DNA of 64,000 bases from Azolla caroliniana (lineage: Eukaryota; Plantae; Polypodiophyta). The position numbers were made by a program, and so were the translations under genes. The notes below the pieces were generated by a model. The model ran no database searches. It was not told the origin of the DNA and saw only the letters and a list, made by a program, of their open reading frames with translations. The DNA is taken from contig JBHGNT010000016.1 of NCBI GenBank assembly GCA_043228905.1, forward strand, positions 12,958,001 to 13,022,000, written 5' to 3'. Positions within the stretch are counted from its first letter, which is position 1; each line of letters starts with the position of its first letter. Below, piece after piece: positions 1 through 13,342 of this stretch.

Positions 1-789
1 GTGATGTACTAGGTAGGTAGTAGGTCGCATGTGTACCATTTGCTAGCACACCCCAATGTCATAAGTTGTTGCAAAGATGACCTATTTGATGTTGGGTGTG
101 CAAGGCATGTGGCATGAATGAGCATGCGTAAGGAAGCATATCATAAGTTCAAGGCTAGTCCATTAGAGCTTGTTAGCTATAGGTTCTTTATGATACCAAA
201 GGAGGTCCATAACATGGCAAATAGGTTAAAAATTAGGAGCACCATGTCAGAGGTTGATTGGTCTTTGATGACGTAAGATGCCTATGCACTCTAAGATCTT
301 GGGAAAGTGGTTCATGTTCAACCTTACCTGCCTGGTGAACCAAGATCTCCCACCAGACAACCATTTATCTTGATACTTCAAGATCAATGGATGCTCGAAA
401 TGTTTGATCAGTTGCCCCTAAACAACTCTTGGGCAATCGACTCCACACATAAAACAAATCAATTTGGCTACCATTATATGCAGTTGTTTCCCCCAACACC
501 ATGGGAATTGGGATACCCTTATGGTACATGCTTTGTAGTTATGATAAGGGATCGAACCATGAGCAAGTCGCATTAGAGACTTGCTTGAGATTCATATTTG
601 CAAGGATGCCCACAGTGAGGCCAAATGTGATAGTGATTGATAAATGTTGGACATCATATAATGTCATAACTAATGTGGTTGCAACAAACCATCAATCTTG
701 GATTGTTGTAAATGGGCAACGGTCACAAACACATTGTTGACTTTTGTTGAGTCAGTTTCACGCCAAAAAATCATGGGTGGACAACTAGT
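1..789 (+). pseudogene. Degenerate Mutator/MULE-like DDE transposase fragment
   Basis: Frameshifted ORFs 307-576 and 501-740 contain MULE-type motifs WAIDSTHKTNQFG and VIVIDK, followed by an xxFH (QFHAKKSW) motif near 750; ends where the copia LTR begins at 790. Confidence 0.6.
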
Positions 790-828
790 TGATGAGTATG
801 TGTGCGGAAGTACGTGTGGACCTGTAGA

Positions 829-1956
829 TGTCGTGATGTTTTCGACACATAGTGTGAAACCACCCCCGAAAAGAAGTAAAATAGTAGTTCAAATAAACTA
901 GTATTATGAAGTCAACTTTATTAATAATAAAAATACTTTTCAAAGAGGATTCCTTATAAATTAAAGGTCAAAGGATTAAATCTTCCAAAAAATGATGAGG
1001 AATATAAAGTTAGTAGCGGTTTTCAAAAGTAGAGGAAAAAATGGGAAAAGAAAAGCTAGGCGTGGGTATGAGGAGCAGAGTCGATTAAGAAGCTCGTAAT
1101 TTCCTCATCCAATGTACAAATTAGAAAAGGAAAGATTCATAAGAAAGCTAACATAACCAGATTCCTAAGAATATCTTGCATGTCAAGTTTGACGTTACCG
1201 AATAGAAATAGTGATGGAAAGAAAACGCGACTCATATAGACAAACTTTTAGGGAAAAAAAAAGCAAGCAATCCTAAACCTATAAATAAGAGCTTATTTTT
1301 AAGAAGGGGGGAGGGAAGAAGAACATGGAAACTCTACCAGATTTCTAAGAATATCTTGCATGTCAAGTTTGACGTTACGGAACAGAAATAGTGATGGAAA
1401 GAAAACGCGACTCATATAGACAAACTTTTAGGGGGAAAAAAAGCAAGCAATCCTAAACCTATAAATAAGAGCTTATTTTTAAGAAGAAGAAGGGGGGAGG
1501 GAAGAAGAACACAAAAGCTCTACTGAATTGGATAGTTGAAGAAGAAAGATCAACAACATCAAGAGGCATCATCAACTCCTATATTCTACTCTCTTCTTTT
1601 CTGCACCTCACTTTCCCCATTACTTTATAAATTATCTCTCATATTCATATCCAACCCATTGTAACATGATTCTTATTTTATAAAAGAATCCATTAATTTG
1701 CAATAAACTAATGCTTTCTTTCATCTATGTGTCTTATATGTTATTGTCACTTGTGGTTGTGTTTTTGTGTTTTTGTGTGTTTGTGTGTCTTGTGATTAGG
1801 GGTTGATTCGGGCTTGCCCGTGAGCCTCTCCTTTTCACAAACATATTTGAATATTTGTGCCTTCGTGTGTTGTGTGTGTGAGCTCTAATTCCTTCTAGTC
1901 CATAACCCCGGTGGTTCCGCCTCACAATCTGCACATAGTGATGGATTTTCACGACA
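829..1956 (+). mobile_element. Solo LTR related to the tRNA-Trp-primed (Phygy-like) gypsy family
   Basis: TGTCGTGA...TCACGACA termini; both ends resemble LTRs at 47350 and 56100; putative 4-bp TSD degenerate (TAGA/TGGG). Confidence 0.7.
1156..1523 (+). repeat. Two tandem copies of a ~180-bp unit containing a TATA box
   Basis: ACCAGATT.CTAAGAATATCTTGCATG... at 1156 and 1336, each with CTATAAATAA. Confidence 0.9.
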
Positions 1957-4900
1957 TGGGTTATGCACAACAAACAACATTGAAAGTATGGTAGGAGAAT
2001 AGACAGAAGCGTAGACACTGTTTTCAGCTTTAATGGAAGCTCTCGTTATTTCTATGTTCTCTCTCTCTAAGACTCAAGATACATACAATAAGAATCGAGA
2101 GGATATCTATTACATTGTTAGGTTTTTGCTTATATACTAAGCCCTAACTATTTGACGTGTTCACACTTATGGATACAAAGTGGAAGGAGTTGGCCCTTTA
2201 TGCCAACAAACTCCCCCATAAAAGGACAACTCTTTCCTACATCTACAAGTGATTGGGGTTATCTCCACCGTAAACTTAGATTACAAAGTTGATCTAAATT
2301 TAGATTACAAGTCAGTCGGCGTATAGTTGAGTCGGTAGATAGAATAAATATCTAGTCTAATTCGGCTAATCATGTGGATTGGTTTGTCCGAAACGGTTGG
2401 ATCAGCTGACCGTCTGCTCTTTTCTCGATTTTCCTTTGATCGATCGCTTGTCGTAGTCCCATCTTTGTCCTTAGTGCTCCGAAGCGTTGATCTGGGAGTG
2501 GCTTTATCAGGAAATTGACGATGTTCATCTCAGTGTCGATCATCCGGACTTTAAGCTTCTCCTCGGTTACTAGCTCCCGAACATGATGATACCGCACATC
2601 AATATGCTTTGTCTTTGCATGATAGACAGGATTATTGATGAGGTGTATTGTGCTCGGTGAGTCACAATAGATGGTCAGCTCTGGTCGGTCGGTTCGACAT
2701 GTCGTCAAGAAGTCGGTAGACAGTTGGTACAGCCAAATGGCTTCCTTCGCTGCTTCTCACATTGTTATGTACTCTGCCTTTGTGGTAGACAAAGTCATGC
2801 ATTCTTGCAGCTTTGACCTCCATGATATGGCACCGCCACCATAGGTGAAGATGTAGCCTGATGTCGACTTCCGATTGTTTGAATGTTGTCCGTCGGAATT
2901 GTAACCGTCAGACAGTATGCGTAATTAGATTAGAAGCGTTAAGAAAAGAAATGTAACAGTTCACGCAGGAAGCATGAACGGCTAAACGCCTTGTGTATAT
3001 AAAGGGAAGAAATCCTCTGTAAGAGTTAACGTGTAATTTTTAAGCGTGAGGTTCTTTCTTTTCTAACAGATCTGATCTTCTCTGAAGTTCTATGTCTATG
3101 CAACCCGTGTTGTCTTGTGTAATCTCTGTACTATTCGTATGTGCGTTTAGAAAGTGTAGGCTAAGAGACAGCATAGTAGCGCACTCAGGTTCTCGGTCGT
3201 AGCCGTGAACATTCACCCATAAATATGCATTATTACGCAACGAACAGAGTACGCCTCAGGACTCGTGTAATGGCATACCTTCTCACACAATCACCCCGAG
3301 AACCGACCTGGCAAGACCAACCACGCATGAGGTCCATCAGATGCCAAACAAAGGAGCGTGCAAAGCAAAAACCTCGCTTTAGCTATTCCCTGCAAGAATA
3401 CAAAGTTGACTCCACGCTCACAGAACATTGCGACGTCGAGCAGGAAATCCTATCACTACACGAGAACCGTGGTCTTTTCTTGGCTGCCATAGCGTCCGGA
3501 ATGGCCTTCTCCTATCCATGCTTCAATGGCGAGACAAACGCCGCAAGCCACACCCGACTGTTCTTGAATGTTTGGAATGCTAATCACATGGCACAACAGC
3601 TTCCAATAGCAAAAGCGCACGAATCGAAGATTGCAGAGTTTGGATTAACTCTTGATGGGAGAGCGCTGACACTCTCAGATGGACCTGGAAGCAATCACGA
3701 CCTTCGATCAGTTGCAATCAACATTTTTGTGATTTTTCCATAGAAGGGTACCGCAAGAAGAGATTATTGGGCAATTTTACACCATCAAGCAATTGCCAAC
3801 AGAATCCGTCGCGGATTTTAGTCTATGATTCCAAAGTCTATGATGGCAGCTTACACGAGCGCCAATAGATGAGGAAGATAAGGAGACATTTTTGGCAGCC
3901 CTCCGATGACCAATCAGAACGACGCTAAACACACATAGTGTGAAAGGGGAAACAACCTATATGGTTATAGAGCGAGCATTACAGCTCGAATTGGAAGAAG
4001 ACGATGATGGATTTTCCATGTCTTCATTACACCAGGCGTTACCTCAGGACGAGGAACACCGTTTCCGCCAGGCTATTCAGTGCACGATCTGTCTCAACTA
4101 CGGGCACTCCGCAGTGGAATGCAATATGTGAATTCGTTGCCCAATTTGTCACTCAAAGGCACACACGGTCGAGCAGTGTCAATACAATATGCTTAAAAGA
4201 CCTACACCCACAGTCCGACGCGTAGAACCACAAAGGCCACTTCGCCGAAATGATCAAGGGCAACAAGAGGAACGACCCTCATATACGGAACAAAATCCGC
4301 GTGAAGATCGTCATTACCGTAATCGCCGGAACGGAAACTTATATTCCAATGAAGAGGAATTGGAGGACGAAGAATATCGGGGCAACAACCGATATAATAA
4401 AGGGGGGCGTCGTTATAACAATCGACATTTTACAACCAATCACGGGGATTCAATGGACCACGGCCATAGGGACATAATAGGCAGTATAAGGACCAACGTC
4501 GGTATGACGAAAGTTCAGAAGATGAACGAAGCCAGAAGACCAATCGCGAACCCCAGAACCCACCACAGAATAATATGAGGTTCCAACCAAACCGGGATGA
4601 ACCAGTAATAGCCACAGAAACGGCTACACCGCTAGGAAGAGAGACAAGCGAGTCCAATGTCCATTGTTTCGTATGCCAAAAACCCGAACATTATGTGACT
4701 CAGTGTCCACTTTGCAAAGGCAAAGGACCCGCCGTACATACGATTATGGCGGAAGTTCAACAAGTGACAACACGACAGAAAACTAAGAATGCGAACTGGA
4801 CTGTGCAAGAGGAGATACGCAAAGTAGCCCAAGCCTGGGTAGAAAAAACTAACGCGGCAAATACGGAACGTATGAGGCAGGAATCCGCAAACAACATACT

Positions 4901-7900
4901 AAAGGGAGAAGATACGGCATCACTGGATTCCATATGGCAGGCACTAGCGGACTGCGAGATGACGATGACCATGGAGAAGCTCCTCCGACTGGTTCCACGA
5001 TTCCGACAAGCAGTGGAGAATCGCATTACGGGCACATCTGGGATAGATGTCTTGACAAATTTTGCAGAAACCAGTTCCGGTCCAATGCTAGTAGACCATC
5101 ACAACCCAGCCATTCAACTGGTGATACAAGGTCAAGAAGTCGACGGATGTATAGTCGATGGGGCTTCCGGCGTCAATGTCATTAGTAAGACTACATGCGA
5201 ACGCTTAGGAATTTCGAATTGGGAAGTTTGCCCTTTTTGGCTTTGCATGGCAGACACTAGATCTGTCTTTTAAGAGTCTACTACTAATCAATAGACCAAA
5301 CTAAAGTAAAAGAAGGAAAATTTAATGTATAGAAGAACCCGTTCCACCCGACCACCCCCGAGCAATGATCTAGACATAGCCAACCTACCACCGACGTCCC
5401 ATACCGTCGAATATTAGGATGATTAATACCTTGGAAGAGATAAACACGATCGTCGAGAAGAAAGCCTAGCCCACACCATTGGTGTCTAAGACAACAGTCT
5501 TTTTGACCAATAGTAAATGCACGAGGACGTCTATCCTGATCAACATAAAATCAAGCACGATCTTGAGCCATCTTGATATTCTCTTTGGCAATATGCAACA
5601 TTTGGTTCATGTCTTGCAAAAACTTGCGTGTATTGTCTAATGTATCACGATGAATCGTGACATCAACTGGGGCACGTGGCTGAAAACCATACATCAACAT
5701 AAAAGGACTATATCCAGTGGTTGTATGTTTAGAGCTATTATAGGCAAATTCTAAGATAGGAAGGTATTGCTCCCACTTAGAAGTGGTTTTTGCTACATAA
5801 GCTCGAAGCATGTCCTCAATAATTTGATTAACTTGTTCAGTTTGTCCATCAGACTGAGGATGATTTGCGGAACTCATGCTCAACATAGTTTCTAGTTTCT
5901 TAAAGACCCGAGTCCAAAAGTCACTGGTAAACTTGTAATATTGATCACTTACAATATCAATCAGTAATCCATAAAAGTGAAATAACTCATCAACAAACTG
6001 ATAAGCCAATTGTTGAGTGGTTATCGTGGTTTTGGTAGGAATAAATCTAGCCAATTTTGTTAGTCTGTCAACGACAACCCAAATGGCATCGTGACCCCTT
6101 TGTGTACGAGGTAAACTAACAATAAAATCCATCGAGATACTTTCCCATTTGTTGTTGGGAATATCTAAGGGATGTAAAAGACTCGCAGCTTTAAGTCGTT
6201 CCGACTTATTAATCTAACATTGTAAGCATTGAGTTACGTATTTATGCACGTCAGAGCGCATCTTAGGCCAGAAAAATGTACTCGAGATGAGAATGAGTGT
6301 GCGTTGTATTCCAGGATGATCAACAGATGGTGCATCATGACATTCATGAAGAATTTTCTGTTTTACATTTGGTAAATCTAGAACACAGACCTTTCCACTA
6401 CGGTAGAGCAAACCGTTTGTAATGTGAAAGGTTGCCTTCGCGGGTAGGGTGTTAGTATCAGCATCTAAACCAGATTTGGCTTTCATCCAGTATTTCGAAA
6501 AATAACTGTCATCAAGGTATCTCTCTCAAAGGTGATCTAAAAGATCACATTTTATTTTCGTGAAGCTAAGCATGTTAAATTCTTTCATGCAAATAAGAGC
6601 ATCTGCAATAGTGTTCATAGAACCCTTGTGATACCATATGGAAAAATCAAAATCTTGCATAAGGTCACCCCAACAGCCTTTACGACCAACAAGATCTTGC
6701 TGGTCACAAAAATACTTCAATGATTGATGGTCTCTTGAACCGAATACCGAGATTGAGCAACATCAAGCTTCTTACTTTCAAAAGCAATAGGGTGACCACC
6801 TTGATAAAGAACGACACCAATAACATAATCACTAGCATCGGTTTCGATTGAGAAAGGCTTTGAAGGGTCCCGTAATAGAGCTTGACACACATGCTCTTTT
6901 AGTGTCTCAAATGATTTGTCAAGTTGTTCATTCCATGCAATTGGTTTGACAGACTTACGTGGATGACCTTTTAAAAGGTTAGTTAATGGCATAGTCAATT
7001 TGGAATAGTTACGAATTGATTTTCTTAAAAATCCAACAAACCCTAAGAATGATCGTAGTTCACGAATATTACGAGGAATGGGCCAAAGTTTAATCTTTTC
7101 AATACGAGAAGGTTCAATTTCAACACCATTTTCCGTAATTAAATGACCTTGGTACACTAGATTTTTGGAAAAAATCACATTTTGAATGTTTTGTATAACA
7201 AATTGAACATGTTGAACATGATCTTGCAAGGTACGGCTATATATCAAAATATCATCCAAGAAGACAACAACAAAATCCCCGAGTTGATCTCGGATAATGT
7301 CATTCATCGCTTGTTGGAATGTGGCTGGAGCATTAGTCAACCCAAAAGGTATGACTAAAAACTCATAATGGCCATAGCGCGTACGAAAAGCGATTTTAGG
7401 AATATCATCCTTGGCAATGCGAATCTGATGATAACCTGTCCATAAGTCAATTTTCGTAAAATATCGGGCCCCATGCAAACGATCAATCAAATCATCGGCA
7501 TGAGGTAACGGATATGCATTTTTAATTGTCATTTTATTCAAACGGAGATAATTGATACACATCCGCCATGAACCTTCATTCTTCTTTACTAATAGAACTA
7601 GCGCACCCCAAGGTGATTTACTATACCTAATTTGGCCCAGACTCAAGTATTCCTTAAGTTGTTTACTGATCTCATCCTCTTCTAATCGATTAAGTCAGTA
7701 AGGTGGCATGCTCATAGGAGCAGCACCGGGGATGAGCTCAATTTGATGGTCCACATTACGTTTTGGTGGTAAAGTAAACGGCAATTCGTTAGGAAACACG
7801 TCTTGAAAATCATCTAAAATAGAGCTAAGTAATCGTTGTTCATAATGTGGTAATGGTGTTGTCAGGAACTCTATTAAGGCAGAGAAGGAATTAGTACTAA

Positions 7901-8000
7901 AAGAAGGATTAGTACTATTGTTGGGGAATAGTACTAAGACAGAGAAGGATTAGTACTATGAGAGGTGTCGAACTTTGAGAGAAGGAATGAGTGAGTGAGT

Positions 8001-8040
<40 letters not shown>

Positions 8041-8259
8041 TGATGCGAAAGATATATGTATTATATGACGGAAGATATACAACAGTAGTTAGAAGGCTTA
8101 AGACTGGCGTTGAACCGATTTGGTTCGAACTAATGCCTTGCGCCTCCTTTTATAGTGTCTTCAGGAATACTCCTGAAGTTTCTAGAATGTTCCAGAGAAA
8201 TCTGGAATATACATCAATTTCCTAATAAAACCTAAATGAAAATAATATCCTTCAAATTA

Positions 8260-8330
8260 CAACTCATAACCTAATGGTAAAGTCTCGACCCGTGTAACAA
8301 AAGGTTATGGGTTCGAGTCTAGTTATGACA
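8260..8330 (+). promoter_or_regulatory. tRNA-like A-box/B-box module at the LTR U3 terminus (second copy 13562-13632)
   Basis: TAACCTAATGGTAAAG ... GGGTTCGAGTC with tRNA-like spacing, antisense to the element. Confidence 0.55.
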
Positions 8331-11300
8331 CTATCCCCCCTTTAAAACGACGAGTTCACGAGTCGTTTTGGATTGAGGACCCGGTTTCTCGGGATATCGT
8401 CGATGGAAGTCTTCTAGAAGAGCACGAGCATTGGTCACATTCTCGATCGGTTCCCAAGTACGCTCGCTGGGACTATATCCTAGCCAATCGACTAGATAGT
8501 AGAGCTTGTTGCGAACAATCTTGGAATCGAGGATGGCAGCGACCTCATACTCAGGTCCATCTTCGAGCTCGATAGGAGGTGGAGGTTGTATAGTACGTCC
8601 TGGGATAGTGCTCTCGTGATAGGGTTCGAGGAGAGAACTATGAAACACCGGGTGTATCCGAAGTTGCGGAGGTAGCTCGAGACGAAAAGCGACATCATTA
8701 ATCTTCCCGATAATACGGAAAGGACCTAATCGTCGATAATCCAACTTCTCACATGGGCGAGTAGTCTTGATGTGTCGTCGTAGCAGCCACACCCGATCTC
8801 CAATGTTAAAACTGGATGGAAGTCGATGACGATCTGCGTAGTCCTTGTGTGATTGTTGAGCTTTGCTGGAGTTGAGTAGATAAATCCGCTTGTATCTTGC
8901 GTAACCGCTCCAAACGATCCTCCGCGCAAGGATTTGTGGACACTTCTGGGGTTTCAAGGACACACCACCGGGGATGATATCCCGTATAAGCGTAGAATGG
9001 CGTGACTTTAGTCGATGCGTGGATAGCGTTATTATAGGCAAATTCGGCGAACGGAAGAATATCTGCCCAGTCATTCTGATGATAGTTGAGAAAGCACCGC
9101 AGATACTGCTCCAGTGTTTGATTTGTTCGTTCGGCTTGACCGTCGGTTTGTGGGTGGTAGCCGGAGGAGAGGTTACAAGTGACCTTCAGCATTTTAAAAA
9201 GGTGCTTCCAGAATTTTGACACAAACTGGGGTCCACGATCGCTGATGATATTATCAGGGAGTCCATGATGCCGACATACTTCCCGCATGACAATTTCGGC
9301 GGTGTCTTCACTAGATATTTCTTTAGTACATGGTAAGAAATGAGCCATCTTCGTATATCGATCCACCACTGTGAGAATCGCACTGAATCCCTTAGAGACT
9401 GGAAGATCTGTAATGAAGTCAAGAGCAATGGATTGCCATGGCTTGCTTGGAATTGGTAATGGTTCTAATAAACCATATGGATGATGTCTTGGCATTTTCG
9501 CTCTGCAGCATGTATCGCAAGTCCGAACAAAATCTTCGACAAATTGTCGCATACGGGGCCACCAGAATGATCGTTGTACTAAATCTAATGTTTTAGTACT
9601 ACCAAAATGTCCTGCTGTATATGTGTCATGGCAGTTTTGTACTACTCGAAGGCGGCAAGAACCATTAGGAACATACAAAAGTTCTTTAAAGAAGAGTAAT
9701 CCATCACAGTATTTGAATTGCCGATAATCCGTACCTGGTGATTGTGATTGTGAACATGACGCTCGAGAGGGGTCAATTTGTGCTAGTATAGCTTGGGCGA
9801 AAGCGTCAGTCTTCAAGTCCTCACGTATAGTATTGGTAATGTCGGAATCCACGGGCATGTCAAAGATCTGTGCTGCTTGCAGTCGTGCTGGACCCAAGAT
9901 TACTTGCTTCTGGTTATCGAAAGCTGGCTCACCGGGACGTGGTGTTAGATACGAACGCCGTGATAATGCATCTGCCTTCCCTTGGTGCTTCCCCGGACGA
10001 TATGTAATTTTGAAGTCGAAGCATGTGAGGAAATGGGCCCACCGAGCTTGACGTCGATTCAGTACACGAGCATCTTGAAAGTAGGCAAGGTTCTTGTGGT
10101 CACTGAATACAGTGACCTGATGAGGAGATCCCTCCAGGAAATGCCTCCATTGCATAAAAGAATCAACTATTGCTAATAGCTCTTTATCATGAATTTCGTA
10201 GTTGATTTCGGCGGCGTCAAACTTACGGGAGTGGAAAGCCACAGGATGTAGCTTCTCGTCGTTACCCTGTTGTGACAGAATGCTCCCCAATGCGAAATCC
10301 GATGCATCAGCTTCGATAATGAATGGTTTTTCCGGATCCACATGACCTAAAATTGGAGCTGATGTAAACGCCTTCTTAAGACTCTCGAAAGCCATGTCCG
10401 TCTCTTTAGACCAAATGAATGATTGTCCCTTCCTGGTGAGCTGTGTGAGAGGCAGCACAATTTTTGAGTAATTTTGTATGAACTTCCGGTAGAAATTTGC
10501 AAAGCCTAGGAAGCATTGCACATCCCGCACCGAACGCGGAGTGTGCCATTCTATCACCGTTTTGACCTTGGCTGGGTCCATAGATATGCCTTCTGAGGAG
10601 ATGACATAGCCGAGAAACTCCACTTGGTTGCACCCGAAACTACATTTCTCTAACTTTGCATACAGACCATGTTCTCGAAGTCGTTTTAGTACTAATAGTA
10701 CATGAGAATCATGTTCTTCTTGGGTCTTTGAATAAACCAGTAGATCATCCAAATAGATGATCAAAAAATCATCCAAGAGGTCTCGAAATATATCATTCGC
10801 CATGTGGTGGAAGACTGCCGGCGCATTAGTGAGTCCGAACGGCATGACCGTATACTCGAAGTGCCCATATCTGGTGCGAAACGCGGTCTTCCATTCATCT
10901 CCTGGTCGGATCCGTACGAGGTTATAGGCTCCTCGTAAGTCGATCTTCGTGAAGAACCTGGCACCGTTGATCCGTTCTAAAAGACTTGAGATAAGGGGAA
11001 GAGCATACCTATTTCTTACTGTGACCTTATTCAAGCCACGGTAATCTACAACGAGTCGAAGCGAGCCATCTTTTTTCTTGACGAAGAAAATGGGTGCGCC
11101 GGCTGGAGATTTCGAATGCCGAATGAAACCGTTCTCCAAATTCTCCTCTATATAGGCTCGAAGGACTTCTAGCTCGGTTGGTGACAAATTGTAGATCGGC
11201 CCCCATGGCGGCTCTTTTCCCGGTTGTAAGTCGATGGCGCAGTCGTACGGCCGATGATGAGGAAGTGTGTTGGCTTGTACTTTATCGAACACATCAGCAT

Positions 11301-11880
11301 ACTGACGATACTTCTCGGGAAGTTGAACGGTGGACTCCTCTTTGGTGGTGCTGGAGGGTTGTACTGATATTGCAAAGAGAAACATTTCCTCCTTGCGCCC
11401 TTCCTCACGCAACTGACGTAGCGAAATGGTTGCAACCTTCTGGGTAGATCCTTGGGTTTGTCGCAACCGGATTTCCCTTGTCCTCCAATCTATGTCTGGG
11501 TCATGTAACTCGAACCATGGTAATCCTAAAACTATGGGATGTTCTGGAATACTAATAATATTAAATGATACTACACATGTTAAGTTATCTAGGACAATAT
11601 TAACGGGTTCCGACTCTTCTATGATATTACCAGAAGCAATGGGACGACCATCAATGACTACTACTAAGGCTGGACATGGGAGCTTTCTGAGAGATATCTG
11701 ATGAGCTCGGGCAAAATTCCTATCCATGAAGCAAGAATTAGCTCCGGAATCTAGAAGGGCTAAGGTATGTACTGGAGGGGTACTTTTAGTACTAACTGCT
11801 ACTTGGACTACGAACACATCACTAACTTGCTTAGAGGGAATGGAACCACTAATGGGCTGCACAGATCTAGGGCTGTCCAA
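8331..11880 (-). pseudogene. pol: Pol (PR-RT-RH-INT-chromodomain), with one frameshift near 8863
   Basis: LLDSGA, YLDD, EADASD, HHCC/DDE integrase in ORF 8806-11880; GPF motif and chromodomain YEVAAILDS..YYLVDWLGY..TWEP in overlapping ORF 8331-9074. Confidence 0.9.
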
Positions 11881-11906
11881 CCAAACGGCTCCTATTTTGG
11901 CTGGAC

Positions 11907-13076
11907 TTAGTCGTTTAACTCTTCTTCTAATTGGCTAAGGACATCAAATTTGTTTGCGAGATTCGGACTATTAGTACTATTAGGACTATTATGACTATGA
12001 GGATTATCAGAGATTCCTACTGACATAGACTCGGGTTTAGTATAGTCAGAACTAACAATGACTTGGTTTACCTGCCTTCTTGGTCTATGGGGACAGTTTA
12101 TCGCGATATGCCCTGGTCCACCGCAATAAAGGCATAATCGGTTTGTTCGGCGTCGTTGCTTTTCCTCCTCCGATAGCGGCCCACGACGACGTGTAGTGTC
12201 AATTTCCATTGGAGTTGGAGTACTTACTGGAGGCGCATTATGTGACTCCCTTTGAAAAGGTTTCGCTACCATTGAGGCATAGGTAGGCTCGGATCTTGCC
12301 CTCGGCATCTGAAATTGTCGTTCCGAACGTCGCTCGAAGAGGCGGTTGTCACATCTGACCGCTCGACTGATTGCTTCTGTTAATGATTTTGGCTCTTCAG
12401 GGAAAGTCAAGAGTAAATCCTTGACATCGTTGCGTAGACCATAGCGGAACTGCTCCATCAATGCTTGATCATCCCAGGGGATATCGGCGGCGAGTAGGCG
12501 GAAATCTGCAGCATATGCGGAGGCTGGACGGTCACCTTGGCGTAATCGCCGGATTTTGTTGATTGCAGTCCTTATGCTGTCAGTATCTCCAAAACATGCT
12601 TTAAACTCACTTATGAATTCTTCAAAATTATTTAGTACTGGAGATTCCTTTTCTAGTAGCGGAGCGAACCATGCTAATGCTGAGCCATTTAACAACGTGC
12701 CTACTAAACCCACTCGTGATGCATCGGTGGGATATCGGGACGGATGCATTTGAATAACTAACCGTACCTGGTTAAGAAACCCTCTAAACTGCGATCGCGT
12801 TCCATCGAACTTCGTGGGAAGGCCAATCTTGGGTTCTTTATGAATCCCTTGTGCTCCGTGCCCTTGTTGTTGCATTGCTACGATGGTTGCTTCGAGTTGT
12901 TGCACGCGTAACGCAAGTTCCCCATGCTGTTGTTGCGTTTGCTGCTTTTCTAAGGAAATTTGCTGAAGATCCCCCAACAAGCGTTGATTTTCTTGTTCCA
13001 AAGCATGAAACTTCTCTTTCAAGCACTGAAATTCCGAGAAAACGGATTGATACTCTTCAGCGCTAACGGTGGCCAT
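11907..13076 (-). CDS. gag: Gag (retrotransposon gag/capsid + CCHC knuckle)
   Basis: 389-aa ORF; PTKFDGTRSQFRGFL, LRQGDRPASAY, CLYCGGPGHIAINC. Confidence 0.9.
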   Translation of the reverse strand: MATVSAEEYQSVFSEFQCLKEKFHALEQENQRLLGDLQQISLEKQQTQQQHGELALRVQQLEATIVAMQQQGHGAQGIHKEPKIGLPTKFDGTRSQFRGFLNQVRLVIQMHPSRYPTDASRVGLVGTLLNGSALAWFAPLLEKESPVLNNFEEFISEFKACFGDTDSIRTAINKIRRLRQGDRPASAYAADFRLLAADIPWDDQALMEQFRYGLRNDVKDLLLTFPEEPKSLTEAISRAVRCDNRLFERRSERQFQMPRARSEPTYASMVAKPFQRESHNAPPVSTPTPMEIDTTRRRGPLSEEEKQRRRTNRLCLYCGGPGHIAINCPHRPRRQVNQVIVSSDYTKPESMSVGISDNPHSHNSPNSTNSPNLANKFDVLSQLEEELND

Positions 13077-13302
13077 GGGATGAAGGAAAAGGGAAATAAG
13101 AGACTAGTAGGAAAGGAGAGAGACAGAAGGAAGAGGGAGACTAGTAGGGAAAAATCGGTTCAAACTGTCAGGAACTCTATTAAGGCAGAGAAGGAATTAG
13201 TACTAAAAGAAGGATTAGTACTATTGTTGGGGAATAGTACTAAGACAGAGAAGGATTAGTACTATGAGAGGTGTCGAACTTTGAGAGAAGGAATGAGTGA
13301 GT

Positions 13303-13342
<40 letters not shown>

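Larger units (their letters stand above)
790..2883 (-). mobile_element. Ty1/copia 3' remnant: RNase H, PPT and 3' LTR (790-2208, interrupted by solo LTR 829-1956)
   Basis: Minus-strand RKSTSGY..GAISW..LSTTKAEY and IYCDS..YHAKTKHIDVRYH (ORF 2370-2708); PPT GGGGGAGTT at 2209-2217 directly followed by TGTTGGC; LTR ends ..CATCA at 790. Confidence 0.75.

Noticed and set aside
7985-8036. (GAGT)n(GA)n and other GA/CT tracts
   Set aside because: Ordinary LTR microsatellites.
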